64,000 bases of DNA from Eledone cirrhosa. Lineage: Eukaryota. The stretch spans positions 1 through 64,000 of the forward strand of contig CAXHJY010001252.1 of assembly GCA_964016885.1 (NCBI GenBank). The letters are read 5' to 3'. Positions 1-13,544 of the stretch are shown here, piece after piece. Every line of letters starts with the position of its first letter. Position 1 is the first letter of the stretch. Both the position numbers and the translations under genes were made by a program. The notes under the pieces are model-generated. The model saw only the letters and a list, made by a program, of their open reading frames with translations, ran no database searches and had not been told where the DNA came from.

Positions 1-80
<80 letters not shown>

Positions 81-107
81 GTAAATATATGTATATGTAT
101 GTATATG

Positions 108-144
<37 letters not shown>

Positions 145-276
145 GTATACATATATGTGTATATATACATATGTATACATATTTATATATATATATATAT
201 GTGTATATGTATATACATATGTATATATATTTGTATAGATTATACAAATATCAAAGTTATGTTTAAAACATTTAAT

Positions 277-323
277 CGCTGACAATTGTTTCTTCCAAAC
301 TTAAGCTTGGAGTCCTCGGAGCA
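277..323 (-). ncRNA. Minimal type-I hammerhead ribozyme, CCGAGGA core variant (family H1), in a PLE pLTR
   Basis: Minus strand reads tgct-CCGAGGA-c tccaagc ttaa gtttgga a-GAA-ac aatt gt-C-agcg. Stem I, stem II, palindromic stem III and a GUC triplet are present. It lies downstream of the PLE GIY-YIG remnant on the same strand. Confidence 0.8.
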
Positions 324-1094
324 TTATCAATGTTTGTACATATAATTAACCTTCTATTCAACTGAAGAATCATACAGATACATATATATTGATGTTGTGG
401 ACAACAGTTTCATGTTTACAGGTTGGAATGGATGCGATATATATTATACGAGAATTGTACAATAATTCAAATTAAGATTAAAATTATAATTAAAAAATTA
501 AAATTAAAAGCAAAGAGTGGAATACATGCGACAGATAATACAAGAGAATAGTCTAATAATTAAATTAAAGAGATAGTACATGCGTTAGTCATATATAAAG
601 GAATGAAACAAGCAAATATATCATGCATATATGAGTACTGTATGGCAAGGTATTACATGAAATACAAGCACTATAAGCGAATATAGTGTATTATGGTGGG
701 TGCAATGCGATGATATTTTCTGTATAGATCAAATTTGTATGTGTGTGGGATATGAGAGTTACAGATTTCACATCCATTACATATGTTAAGTTTTATCTGT
801 ATTGAATGTTTGTTATAGTAATGGATTGTAACTTTGTGTTATTTTATCCATGGATTAGAATTGTTCTACTGCGAGAATTTTCAACGGTTTAATATCCGGA
901 AGTGGATATTAACTAGCTCATTATAATAATTAAATTCCTTGCTCTAATAGACATTATATAGTGCCATAATTGAATCCCCTATACAAAATGTTATATATTT
1001 ATATGTAATTTCAAATACAGTCTACTCTCTCATAATATATTAAAGGTTTCATTAGATTGTTGTCTACCCAATATTTGTCAAGATATGAAATAAC

Positions 1095-1279
1095 TGTTTC
1101 TACTTTAGGCACAAGGCCAGCAATTACCCAGTGCATTACTGGTACTTTATTTTATCGACCCTGTAAGGATGAAAGGCAAAGTTAACCTCGGCGGGATTTG
1201 AACTCAGAATGGAAAGGGCCGTAACTCTATGCTGCAAAGCATGGCGTCAGACCCTCTAACGATTCTGCCAAGTCACCGG
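1095..1279 (-). mobile_element. tRNA-derived SINE family A with 16-bp target-site duplication
   Basis: B-box GAGTTCAAATCC on the minus strand. TSD caagatatgaaataac at 1079-1094 and 1280-1295. At least 8 copies in the window. Confidence 0.9.
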
Positions 1280-2747
1280 CAAGATATGAAATAACATATA
1301 GCTGTTTGCATGATAAATTAGATACATCCCTTGAGTAAATAAATTAATCCTTTAAATACAATGTTATTAATTTATACATTTAATTATAAATGTATATATA
1401 TAATTCATTGTTCCATATTAAATTAAGTTAGATAAATTCCTTATGTTAATAAATTAATCCTTTATATACAATGTTATTAATTTATACATTTAATTATAAA
1501 TGTATATATAATTCAGTGTTACATTTAATATATTATATTTCAATCACTATATAATTATAAGTAATCTAAAGTAATTATATTAAAATGTGGTGACTATAAG
1601 AATATTTCTAGAGTATAATGTTAGAGATAAAATTGGTTTGTGTAGAGGAAAGGGTGGATCAAAGAGTGTGATGCAGCGGTGGAAGGCAAGTCTTAGAGGT
1701 GAGGTGCTAAAGCTGGTGATGAGTTCAGATCTGACATTGTTATATACTAGGTTTAAAGCTATGGAATGAGTGTCGGAAGCGGTGCTGGCACGATGCAAAC
1801 ACTTCCGATTTTTTTTTATTTAGGAGGTCAAGATTCGAAAAGATTATAGTATGGGTCTCTAGGAGACAGAAGTTACAAAATTTATTAGGTGGTTTATACG
1901 ATGCAGCCCTACCTACTACTTCCCATTGAAGTGTATATATTCTATTCCTAGTTTTCAGATACTGTATGTAGCTAGATAGTGAAGTGGAGTTGGCTAGATT
2001 GTGTTTTTTGAAAGAGTAGAGGTGCGAGTTTGTATCTCGTCTTGAAGCAGTTCGAAGTAGAGCCTATATATGTTTTAGAAGAGTCGTTAGTGTTGACCGT
2101 GCAGGAGTAAATGATGTCTTTGATTAAGCAGTTGTTACCTAAAGGGCAAGTTCTATTTGATCTACAGTTACATTTATTTTGGATATTATCTTGCCGGTTA
2201 TTATGTTGTGTAGAAGTCTGGTTGCTAGGGTTAGTATTAGGGCTATGATGGTTGTCGTTCTTAATGTTATTGATTTCATTAGTGTTATTACTATTATTAC
2301 TATTGCTATTAGGGTTCGTAGTTATTATGTTGTTCTGAAAGTTTACCTCCTGCTGCGTTTTAGTTTGTTGAAAATAAGTATTAATCTTTCTTTTATTACT
2401 ACTAGCTATATAGTATGCTATGTTAGGTGTGGTAGAGTAAGAGATTTTAATGGTGTTTTTATTTATAAGATTATGGTATTTGTGGCCAGATGGGAAGTTT
2501 TTTTCTAGGATTGAGAAGAAAACCTTAGGTAAGTTGGTAGAGACGTTTAGATTGAAAGGGGATTGAAAAATGTATTAGTTCTTCTTCTATTTTTGTTTTT
2601 TATATCTATTGAGGTATATAATTGAGGTTTATAATATTATTTTGGTGTCTACTTTGGTGCGAGTTAAGTTTGATACTACCCTTCGTATTAGAGCAAAGGT
2701 GGCTATTATTCTTATTATTATTTTTCCTCATGGCCGTATTGAGATGC

Positions 2748-3105
2748 TACCCTTTACCTAGACTCTAAAATATATACACCCTTTCATAAACCTAACGAAA
2801 AACTAATTTATGTAGATACCAAGTCTAACCACCCTAAATCCAAATTAAACTCAATCACTAAAGGAATATCTAATAGAATCTCTAATCTATCTTATAACGT
2901 AACCATATTTAACATAATTCACGATACTATAATCTGGCATTAGCTAAATCAGGCCATAATAATGGGATTGAATTCCTACCAATGAAATCACATAGTTACA
3001 GCATTGTTTCTCACAATAGGGCCATGAGGAAAAATAATAATAAGAATAATAGCCACCCTTACTCTAATACGAAGGATAGTATCAAACTTAACTCGCACCA
3101 AAGTA
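2748..3105 (+). mobile_element. Inverted 5' segment of the same PLE (RT thumb region)
   Basis: Translates LYLDSKIYTPFHKPNEKLIYVDTKSNHPKSKLNSITKGISNRISNLS (PLE KP..L.Y....S.HP motif). 3020-3105 is the reverse complement of 2650-2735. Confidence 0.75.
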
Positions 3106-3165
3106 TATATATATATATATGTATGTATGTATATATATATATATATATGTATGGATGCATATATA

Positions 3166-3201
<36 letters not shown>

Positions 3202-3271
3202 TGTATGTATGTATGTATGTATATATGTATGTATATGTATGTATGTATGTATGTATATGTATGTATGTATG

Positions 3272-3318
<47 letters not shown>

Positions 3319-3370
3319 GTATATATATATGTATGTATATGTATGTATATATATATATATATGTATGTAT

Positions 3371-3404
<34 letters not shown>

Positions 3405-3418
3405 GTATATGTATGTAT

Positions 3419-3452
<34 letters not shown>

Positions 3453-3525
3453 GTATATATATGTAAGTATGTATACATATATATATATATGTATGTATGT
3501 ATATATATATATGTATGTATGTATG

Positions 3526-3561
<36 letters not shown>

Positions 3562-3720
3562 TATATATGTATGTATATGTATGTATATATGTATGTATAT
3601 GTATGTATATATGTATGTATATATATGTATGTATGTATATATATATGTATGTATATGTATGTATATATGTATGTATATGTATGTATATATATATATATAT
3701 GTATGTATATTTATGTATAT

Positions 3721-3802
<82 letters not shown>

Positions 3803-4390
3803 GTATATATATGTAAGTATGTATACATATATATATATATGTATGTATGTATGTATATATATATATGTATGTATGTATGTATATATATATATGTATGTAT
3901 GTATGTATATATATATATGTATGTATGTATGTATATATGTATGTATATATATGTATGTATGTATATATATATATATGTATGTATGTATATATATATGTAT
4001 GTATGTATGTATATATATATGTATATATATGTATGTATGTATATGTATGTATATATATATATGTATATATATATATATGTATGTATGTATATATGTATTT
4101 ATGTATATATATATGTATGTATGTATATATTATGTATATATGTATTTATGTATATATATATGTATGTATGTATATATTATGTATGTATGTATGTATGTAT
4201 ATATATATGTATGTATGTATTTATGTATATATATATGTATGTATATAGTATGTATGTATGTATATATGTATGTATGTATATATGTATGTATATATTATGT
4301 ATGCATGTATGTATATATAATGTAGGTATATATATATATATATATATATATATGAATGTATGTATGTATGTATATTATATATGTATATAT
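3104..4390. repeat. (TA)n/(TATG)n compound microsatellite
   Basis: Directly visible. Confidence 0.97.
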
Positions 4391-4437
4391 ATTCGTTGTG
4401 TAACTGATGCATGTGTGTTCGTAAACTTCTAGCGATA

Positions 4438-5430
4438 TTACTACTACTATTACTGCTGCTACTGTTACTGCTGCTGCTACTGCTGCTGTTACTACTGCTG
4501 CTGTTACTACTGCTGCTACTACTGCTGCTACTGCTGCTGCTACTGCTGCTGTTGTTGACGTTCTTGTTTGTGTCTGCTATTGTCAATGTTTGCTCAGATG
4601 ACAAACAACAAAATGTCACAGGAAAAAAAAGACAAACCCCCCTCCTTCCCCACCTTTAAACTCCATTCTCTTCCTTTTACCACTCCCTCTCTTTTATCTC
4701 CCCCCCCTCCTCCTCCCCCTCTCTAATTCACAGTCTCTCTGCTGCACCCCTCACTCTTCCTTATATCCACTTCCAAACTTCAGCAACCCTTCGTGTCTCG
4801 CCAACAAACAAAATCTTGAGACAAAAATAAATAAACCACCACCACCATCATCAACACCGCCATCACTATCACCACCATCATCACGAACACCGCCATCACC
4901 ACCACCACCAACACCGCCATGACCATGACCACCACCATCATCATCACTACCACCACCACCAACACCACCAACACCGCCATCACCAACACCGCCATCACCA
5001 TCACCACCACCATCATCACAACCACCACCACCCCCATCACCACCACCACCATCACCAGAACCACCACCACCACCACAACCAACACCACCACCATCACCAC
5101 CACCACCACCACCACCAACATCACCACAACCAACACCACCACCATCACCTCTCCACCACCACCACCAACTCCGCCTCTTCACCACCACCTCCACCACTAC
5201 CACCCTACCACCCTACGACCACCACCACAACCAACACCACCACCACCACCACAACCAACATCACCCCCATCGTCTCCCCCTCCCATCGTCTTCAACAACA
5301 ATAACAACAACAACTATTACACCAGAAAAATAAAAAACAACAAAAGCAACAACATGGTTTACCTCACCACCACCCCCACCCCCATAGCCCCCCCCTCCCA
5401 TCGTCTTCAACAACAATAACAATAACAACA
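4438..5430. repeat. (CTG/CTA)n, (CAC/CAT)n and (CAA)n trinucleotide tracts
   Basis: Directly visible at 4438-4555 and 4835-5430. Confidence 0.9.
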
Positions 5431-5574
5431 TTAACAAAAGATGTCTGAACGATATTAAACTTCCGTCGTTGTTCGTCATCGTTTGCTTTTGTTGCGTAGT
5501 TACACGGTCATGTCGTTATTTAGATTAGGAGACGGCCACCATTTTGAAATTACTGTCCGACGTCTGGCAGAGGC

Positions 5575-5605
<31 letters not shown>

Positions 5606-5942
5606 CGGAGAAGAGTGTAATAATGCCACTGCTTACAAACAGAGCAACATCCATAGATACAGAGATGTACAGTAGAGCAGCTCTGAAGATACTCTATCGT
5701 TTCGGCTCTTAACTATAGACGGAAGTGATAATGTTGAAGAAATTCTGGCTGGATATTTTATTAATACTCAACTGTTGTTTTTTCATGTCTCTTGCCAGTT
5801 ATTTCAGATCCAACGAATAAATCAATGCTTAACGTCGTCAAACAACGAAACGAGAAAGACAAGCATTTTAACAAACACCATTACTATACGCACACACACA
5901 TACGCACACACACACACACACACACGCACGCACGCACGCACG

Positions 5943-5975
<33 letters not shown>

Positions 5976-6032
5976 ATACATACATACATACATACATACA
6001 TACATACATACATACATACATACATACATACA

Positions 6033-6064
<32 letters not shown>

Positions 6065-6289
6065 CTTAAATGGAAATTTCTGTCTGTTTGTTTGTGAACC
6101 TAAAACATAAAAACTACCAAACCGATCTTGATGAAACTTCACACCTGTGTGGGGCTCATACCCATTTGATTTCTTACGTATATTTCATATTAATCAAAGG
6201 ATTTCCCGGGGGTTCAAACTCCCGCTGAGAACCCCCGCTTAAAATATTTCTCTTCGATTTATATGAAATTTGAACCATAGTTAAATGAC

Positions 6290-6733
6290 AAGATATGATG
6301 CCTATTCACATGCGTTTGCGTGTGTGTATAGTGTTTTGTTTGCAAACAAAATACTATACACACACGCAAACGCATGCGCAAAGAAGACAAAATAAAATAA
6401 ACAAACAAGCAAATCAATAAATAAATATATAGACAGACTGAATAAAAATGGCGTAGACATACAATACAACAGGAGGAAAAGATAGCACCACTGACGATGT
6501 TGCAGATGTGGACGAAAGATTTATGATAAACTATATATATGTGTTTGTGTCTATATTGTATCTGTATTATTTTTGACCGTCGGTCAGTCAATGGCAACAT
6601 TGAGGACCGAGTAAGTTAGATTACCGATATAAAAGACACAGAAGCGAGAAGCGAAAACCAACCAAACAGTGAGTGTGTTCTGTTATTAATTCTGGCAATA
6701 TTACACAAATATGACCCTCCCCAAGTATAACTA
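6290..6733 (+). mobile_element. Non-coding HHR-bearing repeat family H2
   Basis: Tail ...atatgaccctccccaagtataac(TA)n is shared with 10900-11342, 27368-27487 and 48848-49112. Confidence 0.8.
6482..6534 (+). ncRNA. Hammerhead-like motif (family H2, diverged)
   Basis: atagcacca-CTGACGA-tgttgcagatgtggac-GAAA-gat-TTA-tgataaactat. Stems I and III are weak. Confidence 0.55.
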
Positions 6734-6900
6734 TATATATATATATAATATATAATTGATATATATATAATTGATATATATATATATATATATAGGAACG
6801 ATCGACTTTCGTCAAATCAGACCCCGAGGGAACAATGTTTCCGTTGGTCTTTCCAATTGCTAATACTATCTATCGGTCGCAACTCCAGGTAGAAGGAGCA

Positions 6901-7011
6901 CCGTGAAATAAAGTGTCTTGCTCAAGGACATAACGCATCGCCTGGTACAGGAATCGAACTCACAACCTTACGATTGCGAATCCAATTCTCTAACCACTCA
7001 GCCACACGCCT

Positions 7012-7015
<4 letters not shown>
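6901..7015 (-). mobile_element. tRNA-derived SINE family B, 5' fragment
   Basis: Minus strand has ggctgagtggttaga...gagttcgattcc...ttgagcaagacactttatttcac, matching 38944-39392, 49172-49400 and 61205-61319. Confidence 0.8.
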
Positions 7016-7058
<43 letters not shown>

Positions 7059-7951
7059 AATGATATATATATATAATAGACTACACTGTAATTTATAGAT
7101 AAGTAGCCTAATTTAGAAATTGGTTATAACCTCATATGATAGGGACTCACTTGAAACACCATTAATGTAATTTAAGATAATAAATTTAACTATGAAAATC
7201 AGCTAGTTACCTCCCCTTATGCATTAACTCCCCTTAGTCACACACACACTTCCGGAATATACAATGTCATCGCACACAACTAAAACATCCTGATCTATTA
7301 ATCAAAGTAAGAAACGACAAGATATGGTTTATAACTTGACTCTCCAGACACCCAATGCTGAATCATCGTGGATTGTGTGATAGACCTGTAGTCTATATAT
7401 TGCGTTTCATGGATTGTGTGAGTGGTGATGTGTGCGAAGACAGTGGTGCTGTTTTGCCTATTTTATAATATGTTTTGTGATATGTTTGATATTTTTGATA
7501 TTTTGGTGTTTCTCTACATTCGGGATTGTATATCATACAGGTGTATGCAAAAAAATGATTTAACAATACGGCCCACATGATAATATTGATTGCCTGCTTT
7601 AACTGCCTGATTCTACAAGTAACAATCTGCCGCACTCTAATCCTGTATAAATAAGACACGCGTGCATGCTACACGTGAGATTGTTTCATACACTGACTAC
7701 TCTAAACTTTCCTCTTGCTTTATCTTCATAAACTGCCAATGTTTTATTTTTATTTTTATTTTTATTTTTATTTTTATTTTTATTTTTATTTTTATTTTTA
7801 TTTTCATTTTAATCCTTTAACCTTTATATGTAAATTGCCATGCTATATCATTATGATGGATGTCAACCCACTGTGGGTCAATATAGGCATATGTTTTTAT
7901 ATGTCTCTTGTGTTGAAAAGGAGGTCAAGTATGTTATAGATCACTAAATAG

Positions 7952-8000
7952 TTGCTCCGAAGAATCCAAACCTCGGTTTGGAGGAAACAATTGTAAGCAA
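7952..8000 (+). ncRNA. Minimal type-I hammerhead ribozyme, CCGAAGA core (family H1)
   Basis: ttgct-CCGAAGA-a tccaaac ctcg gtttgga g-GAA-ac aatt gt-A-agcaa. It is homologous to 277-323 with pairing kept, and ends a ~950-bp non-coding island just before (TA)n. Confidence 0.85.
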
Positions 8001-8033
8001 ATAAATGATTTAAACTGAACTTTGATTATTGTA

Positions 8034-8039
<6 letters not shown>

Positions 8040-8078
<39 letters not shown>

Positions 8079-8236
8079 ATATATAATTGATATATATATA
8101 TATATAATATATATAATAGATAATTGATATATATATATATATATATATAATATATAATTGATATATATATATATATATATATATCAATTATATATTATAT
8201 ATATATATATATCAATTATATATTATATATATCAAT

Positions 8237-8276
<40 letters not shown>

Positions 8277-8303
8277 GATTGATATATATAATATATAATT
8301 GAT

Positions 8304-8363
<60 letters not shown>

Positions 8364-8513
8364 ATTGATATATATATATATATATAATATATAATTGATT
8401 GATATATATATATATATATAATATATAATGGATATATATATATATAATATATAATTGATATATATATATATATATAATATATAATTGATATATATATATA
8501 TATAATATATAAT

Positions 8514-8557
<44 letters not shown>

Positions 8558-8568
8558 TAATTGATATT

Positions 8569-8599
<31 letters not shown>

Positions 8600-8601
8600 A
8601 T

Positions 8602-8645
<44 letters not shown>

Positions 8646-8849
8646 TAATTGATATTTATATATATATATATATATATAATATATATAATTGATATTTATA
8701 TATATATATATATATATAATATATAATTGATATATATATATATATATATATAATATATAATTGATATATATATATATATATATAAATATATATATCAATT
8801 ATATATTATATATATATATATATATCAATTATATATTATATATATCAAT

Positions 8850-8889
<40 letters not shown>

Positions 8890-8922
8890 GATTGATATAT
8901 ATAATATATAATTGATTGATAT

Positions 8923-8959
<37 letters not shown>

Positions 8960-8998
8960 ATATATAATTGATATATATATATAATATATAATTGATTG

Positions 8999-9030
<32 letters not shown>

Positions 9031-9122
9031 ATGGATATATATATATATAATATATAATTGATATATATATATATATATATATAATATATAATTGATATAT
9101 ATATATATATATAATATATAAT

Positions 9123-9168
<46 letters not shown>

Positions 9169-9174
9169 TAATTG

Positions 9175-9206
<32 letters not shown>

Positions 9207-10026
9207 ATTGATATATATATATATATATATAATATATAATTGATTGATATATATATATATATATATATAATATATAAAGATATATATATATAATTGATAT
9301 ATATATATAATATATAAAGATATATAATATATAATTGATATATATAATATATATATATATAATATATAATTGATATATATAATATATATATATATAATAT
9401 ATAATTGATATATATAATATATATATATATATAATATATAATTGATATATATAATATATATATATATATAATATATAATTGATATATATAATATATATAT
9501 ATATATAATATATAATTGATATATATAATATATATATATATAATATATAATTGATATATATAATATATATATATATATAATATATAATTGATATATATAA
9601 TATATATATTTATATAATATATAATTGATATATATAATATATATAATATATAATTGATATATATAATATATATATATATATAATATATAATTGATATATA
9701 TAATATATATATATATAATATATAATTGATATATATAATATATATATATATAATATGTAATTGATATATATATATATATAATATATAATTGATATATATA
9801 ATATATAATTGATATATATAATATATATATATAATATATAATTGATATATATAATATATATATATAATATATAATTGATATATATATATATATATATATA
9901 ATATATAATTGATATATATAATATATATATATAATATATAATTGATTGATATATATATATAATATATAATTGATATATATATATAATATATAATCGATAT
10001 ATATATATATATATATAATATATAAT

Positions 10027-10074
<48 letters not shown>

Positions 10075-10076
10075 AT

Positions 10077-10138
<62 letters not shown>

Positions 10139-10140
10139 AT

Positions 10141-10202
<62 letters not shown>

Positions 10203-10204
10203 AT

Positions 10205-10248
<44 letters not shown>

Positions 10249-10309
10249 ATGGATATATATATATATAATATATAATGGATATATATATATATATATATAA
10301 TGGATATAT

Positions 10310-10341
<32 letters not shown>

Positions 10342-10438
10342 ATATATAATGGATATATATATATATATATATAATATATAATGGATATATATATATATAT
10401 ATTCTATATAATATATAATTGATATATATATATATATA
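8040..10438. repeat. (TA)n-derived satellite, unit (TA)n-ATAATATATAATTG, with inverted blocks
   Basis: Unit repeated dozens of times. Reverse-complement units (caattatatattat) at about 8183-8250 and 8795-8860. Confidence 0.9.
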
Positions 10439-10774
10439 AGGAATTTATATCTAGTAACATTTATATACACACAGATGCATATCAATGCTAGCAAATATAT
10501 ATGTTTTGTCTTATTAACAATGTGGTTCAATGCATGGGGTTGCAGAACAATAATATGAGAGACGTAAAATTAGAAAATTATAAAATTAACTTACTTACTA
10601 AAAAATCACTTCCAACTAATTAGTTTCTGGAATGGAGTAAATATATTTTCCGAAGAATCATATGGAAAATCATTCCGTCATCAGGAAAGTCTTTTTCTGT
10701 ATAGGTCTCCAGGCATAGCGAGGACACTGGAAACTTATTAAAAAAATAATAATTCAGTGGAATGGAAATAGCGC

Positions 10775-10841
<67 letters not shown>

Positions 10842-10899
10842 TATTTATATATATGTATATATGTATAGGTTTTTTATATGAAATCGTGTGTCGAAACAA

Positions 10900-11342
10900 A
10901 TATTGTTATACTTGGGGAGGGTCATATTGTTATAATAATATTGCCAGAAATAATAACAGAATTCACTTACTGTTTGGTTGGTTTTCGCTTCTGTATCTTT
11001 TATATCTCCACAGTTAATTTATTTGGTCCTCAATGTTTATCATTGACTGACCAACGGTCAAAAATACAGATATAATATAGATATAAACCCATATATATAG
11101 TATAACAAAGTTCTTTCGTTGCACATCTGCAACATCATCAGTGGTACTATTATGTTACTCCTGTTGTATTGTATGTCTACGCCATTTTTATTTTATCTAT
11201 TTATAAACATTGAGGACCAAATGAATTAACTGTGGAGATATAAAAGATACAGAAGCGAAAACCAACCAAACAGTAAGTGAATTCTGTTATTATTTCTGGC
11301 AATATTATTACAACAATATGACCCTCCCCAAGTATAACAATA
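10900..11342. mobile_element. Family H2 element with inverted duplication of its tail
   Basis: 10900-11040 and 11203-11342 are near-perfect inverted repeats, with the HHR in the spacer. Confidence 0.85.
11097..11150 (-). ncRNA. Hammerhead-like motif (family H2)
   Basis: atagtacca-CTGATGA-t gttgca gatg tgcaac-GAAA-gaactt-tgttatactat. Core and stem II are perfect, while stem III and the cleavage triplet are atypical. Confidence 0.6.
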
Positions 11343-11359
11343 TATATATATATATATAT

Positions 11360-11568
11360 AATGTATAATAAACAATACAATATAATTACCTCATTACCAG
11401 AGGTTTCCCGAATAAGACGAATACGAAAAACGTCCTCATTCGAGCGTCGGACAAGGCAACACAAGGAATTGCCTTGTCCGACGAACGAATGAGGACGTTT
11501 TTCGTATTCGTCTTATTCGGGAAACCTCTGGTAATGAGGTAATTATATTGTATTGTTTATTATACATT
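11360..11568. repeat. ~210-bp palindrome of two head-to-head hammerheads (family H3)
   Basis: Arms 11360-11459 and 11469-11568. The left copy has core CCGACGC instead of CCGACGA. Confidence 0.9.
11467..11544 (+). ncRNA. Type-I hammerhead ribozyme, CCGACGA core (family H3)
   Basis: aattgccttgt-CCGACGA-a cgaatgaggacg..cgtcttattcg g-GAA-acc tct ggt-A-atgaggtaatt. 11-bp stem I with G-U pairs, GUA triplet. Confidence 0.85.
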
Positions 11569-11636
11569 AAATTTTGCTCTGGTACTTACATAGAGCACTC
11601 TTCAATCCTATGACTTTTTCAATTTTCAACGGAAAC

Positions 11637-11686
<50 letters not shown>

Positions 11687-11691
11687 ATATA

Positions 11692-11766
11692 TAAATGGAA
11701 AAGAATGAAACAAAATTTAATTTCTCACTCTTAGTACGGCTGATACTTAAATGTAAGTTTGTATAC

Positions 11767-11803
<37 letters not shown>

Positions 11804-11960
11804 CGTACAGTAGCATGTATATATATGCATACATACACACATATATATATATGTATGTATGGGTTTACCGAACATTTATTATAATAAATGTTCGGTATAA
11901 TAAATGTTCGGTAAACTCGTACGTACATATATATATGTGTGCATGTATGTATATATGTAC
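11692..11960. mobile_element. Family H4 fragment folded back at its internal ccgaacatt/aatgttcgg hairpin
   Basis: Matches 24407-24610, then inverts at 11865-11917. Confidence 0.8.
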
Positions 11961-12436
11961 ATGTCAGGTCACCAGTTGGTGCTACTGGTAACATGTATCC
12001 CAGTACAACCTGTCTCATGGTCGGGTCGTTGGCGACTAAACTGGCAATCCCACCAAGGTTTCTTGGTGAGGAGGGTGACTTTGGACATCCTGCAGGACTA
12101 AAAACAAAACCTTTCAAAGGGCAAAGGAGCTCTTAAGAGTCAATGGTCATCCAAAATCACCGGGAGAGATGATCCCTTAGCCTTTGTCAAGGCAGAATTC
12201 TAGGAGAAGGAAAACTCTGATATAACACCTGCAACCCTGATGGTATCCAATGATGTTGACTTGTTCTTCTTTTTGGTAAATATCATCTTGGTTAAGAGAG
12301 TGGGACTGGCTTTGTGCAGTGCCTTTGCTCACTATAAAATCTTCACGGCACAGGCATTGCTTTATATCTGGAGATCTCTCTGCACTTGTCGTCACATGGT
12401 ACCATGGGCCCAGCACTATGTGTCAATAATTGTCAC
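11961..12436 (+). mobile_element. Dispersed repeat, probably the 5' region of a non-LTR retroelement
   Basis: Near-identical to 47637-48166. Flanked by TATG/CATA microsatellite. No recognisable protein domain. Confidence 0.6.
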
Positions 12437-12740
12437 ATACATACATACATACATACATACATACATACATACATACATGTGTGTATGTATGTATGTACGT
12501 ATACTTATATCACTGTATATCTCCTATATATAGATCACCTATTACATTCCTGGAGTACTTAACATATTTCTACAGTTCTATTAATGGTTTGTCATTTCTC
12601 AATTAGTCACCTCCTCTCTCATTTTCTCATTTTTAGCTCCTCAAAATTAATGCTGTAGCAGTTAATTACATATAAAATTACCTACTAATTACAGGTATCA
12701 ATTTGTAGCTATAATCCGGAAGTAGTTATAAATTTGTCTT

Positions 12741-12960
12741 TACGAGGGTCGATTGAAAAGTTCAAAGGCTGACCAAGATACTCTCATGGAATGACCAAGT
12801 GAGGTTTATTTTTCAACATAGTCCCTGGAAAGAAATAAGAGGAGTTGAAATCAATACTTGCAAGATTTCACAGCTCTAGCATCACTCCTTCGTAGTCTGA
12901 CCAAGCTACTCTCATGGAAGGAACAAATGAGGTTTATTTTCCAACCTGGAAAGAAACAAT
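12741..12960 (+). mobile_element. Mariner-like terminal fragment with internal duplication
   Basis: TA-CGAGGGTCGATTGAAAAGTT resembles a mariner TIR. The ctgaccaag..ctctcatggaa block is repeated at about 12770 and 12897. Confidence 0.5.
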
Positions 12961-12987
12961 GTAGTTATTAAGAGAAGTTGAAATTAA

Positions 12988-13175
12988 TTGTTTCTACTTT
13001 TGGCACAAGGCCAGCAATTACCCAGTACATTACTGGTACTTTATTTTATCGACCCCGTAAGGATGAAAGGCAAAGTTAACCTCGGTGGGATTTAAACTCA
13101 GACCAGAAAGGGCCGTAACACTTTGCTGCAAAGCATGGTGTCTGACCCTCTACCGATACCACCAATCCACCGCCC
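12988..13175 (-). mobile_element. SINE family A
   Basis: Homology to 1095-1279, with a likely TSD tt[g/c]aaattaat. Confidence 0.9.
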
Positions 13176-13544
13176 TTCAAATTAATACTTGTCAGTCTAT
13201 GAACTTTTCAGCCCTCCTCCTCTCGTTTAGATTCAGATTGATATTTTTGTTTCTTTCGTCGCATCCGCTGGTACAGACATGTCCTCACTTTCCACCAGAT
13301 CATTCTACCAGAGCCTTAATCTCATTCGACGCAGGTTGGAAGAGGTCCTGTCGAGCCCCCCCCCTTGTATATTATCAGGGATGATCTCCGGGGGGGGGGG
13401 GGGGGGGGGCTCGACATCACCTTGGAGGTTGCTTACATGTATGTGTGTGTCTGTGTGGGTTGCGTGTGTGAGAGAGGCCTTATACCTGAGTTTTAGGGAC
13501 ATATAATCAACGGGTATCACCAAATCTCTGCACACTTTTTATTA

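Larger units (their letters stand above)
230..2735 (-). mobile_element. Degenerate Penelope-like element: 3' part with Cys-linker/GIY-YIG remnant and HHR-bearing pLTR
   Basis: Minus translation around 2060-2175 gives KCNCRSNRTCPLGNNCLIKDIIYSCTVNTNDSSKTYIG, then frameshifts. HHR at 277-323. Bounded by (TA)n. Confidence 0.8.

Noticed and set aside
1095-1279. tRNA genes suggested by A/B-box motifs
   Set aside because: These are multi-copy SINE heads with TSDs, and no full cloverleaf is seen.
4390-4620. Possible poly-Ser exon on the minus strand
   Set aside because: No recognisable homology or clear splice sites, so it cannot be supported.
10638-10690. CTGATGA..GAAA on the minus strand
   Set aside because: Stem II is imperfect and there is no stem I pairing. 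At best a decayed HHR.
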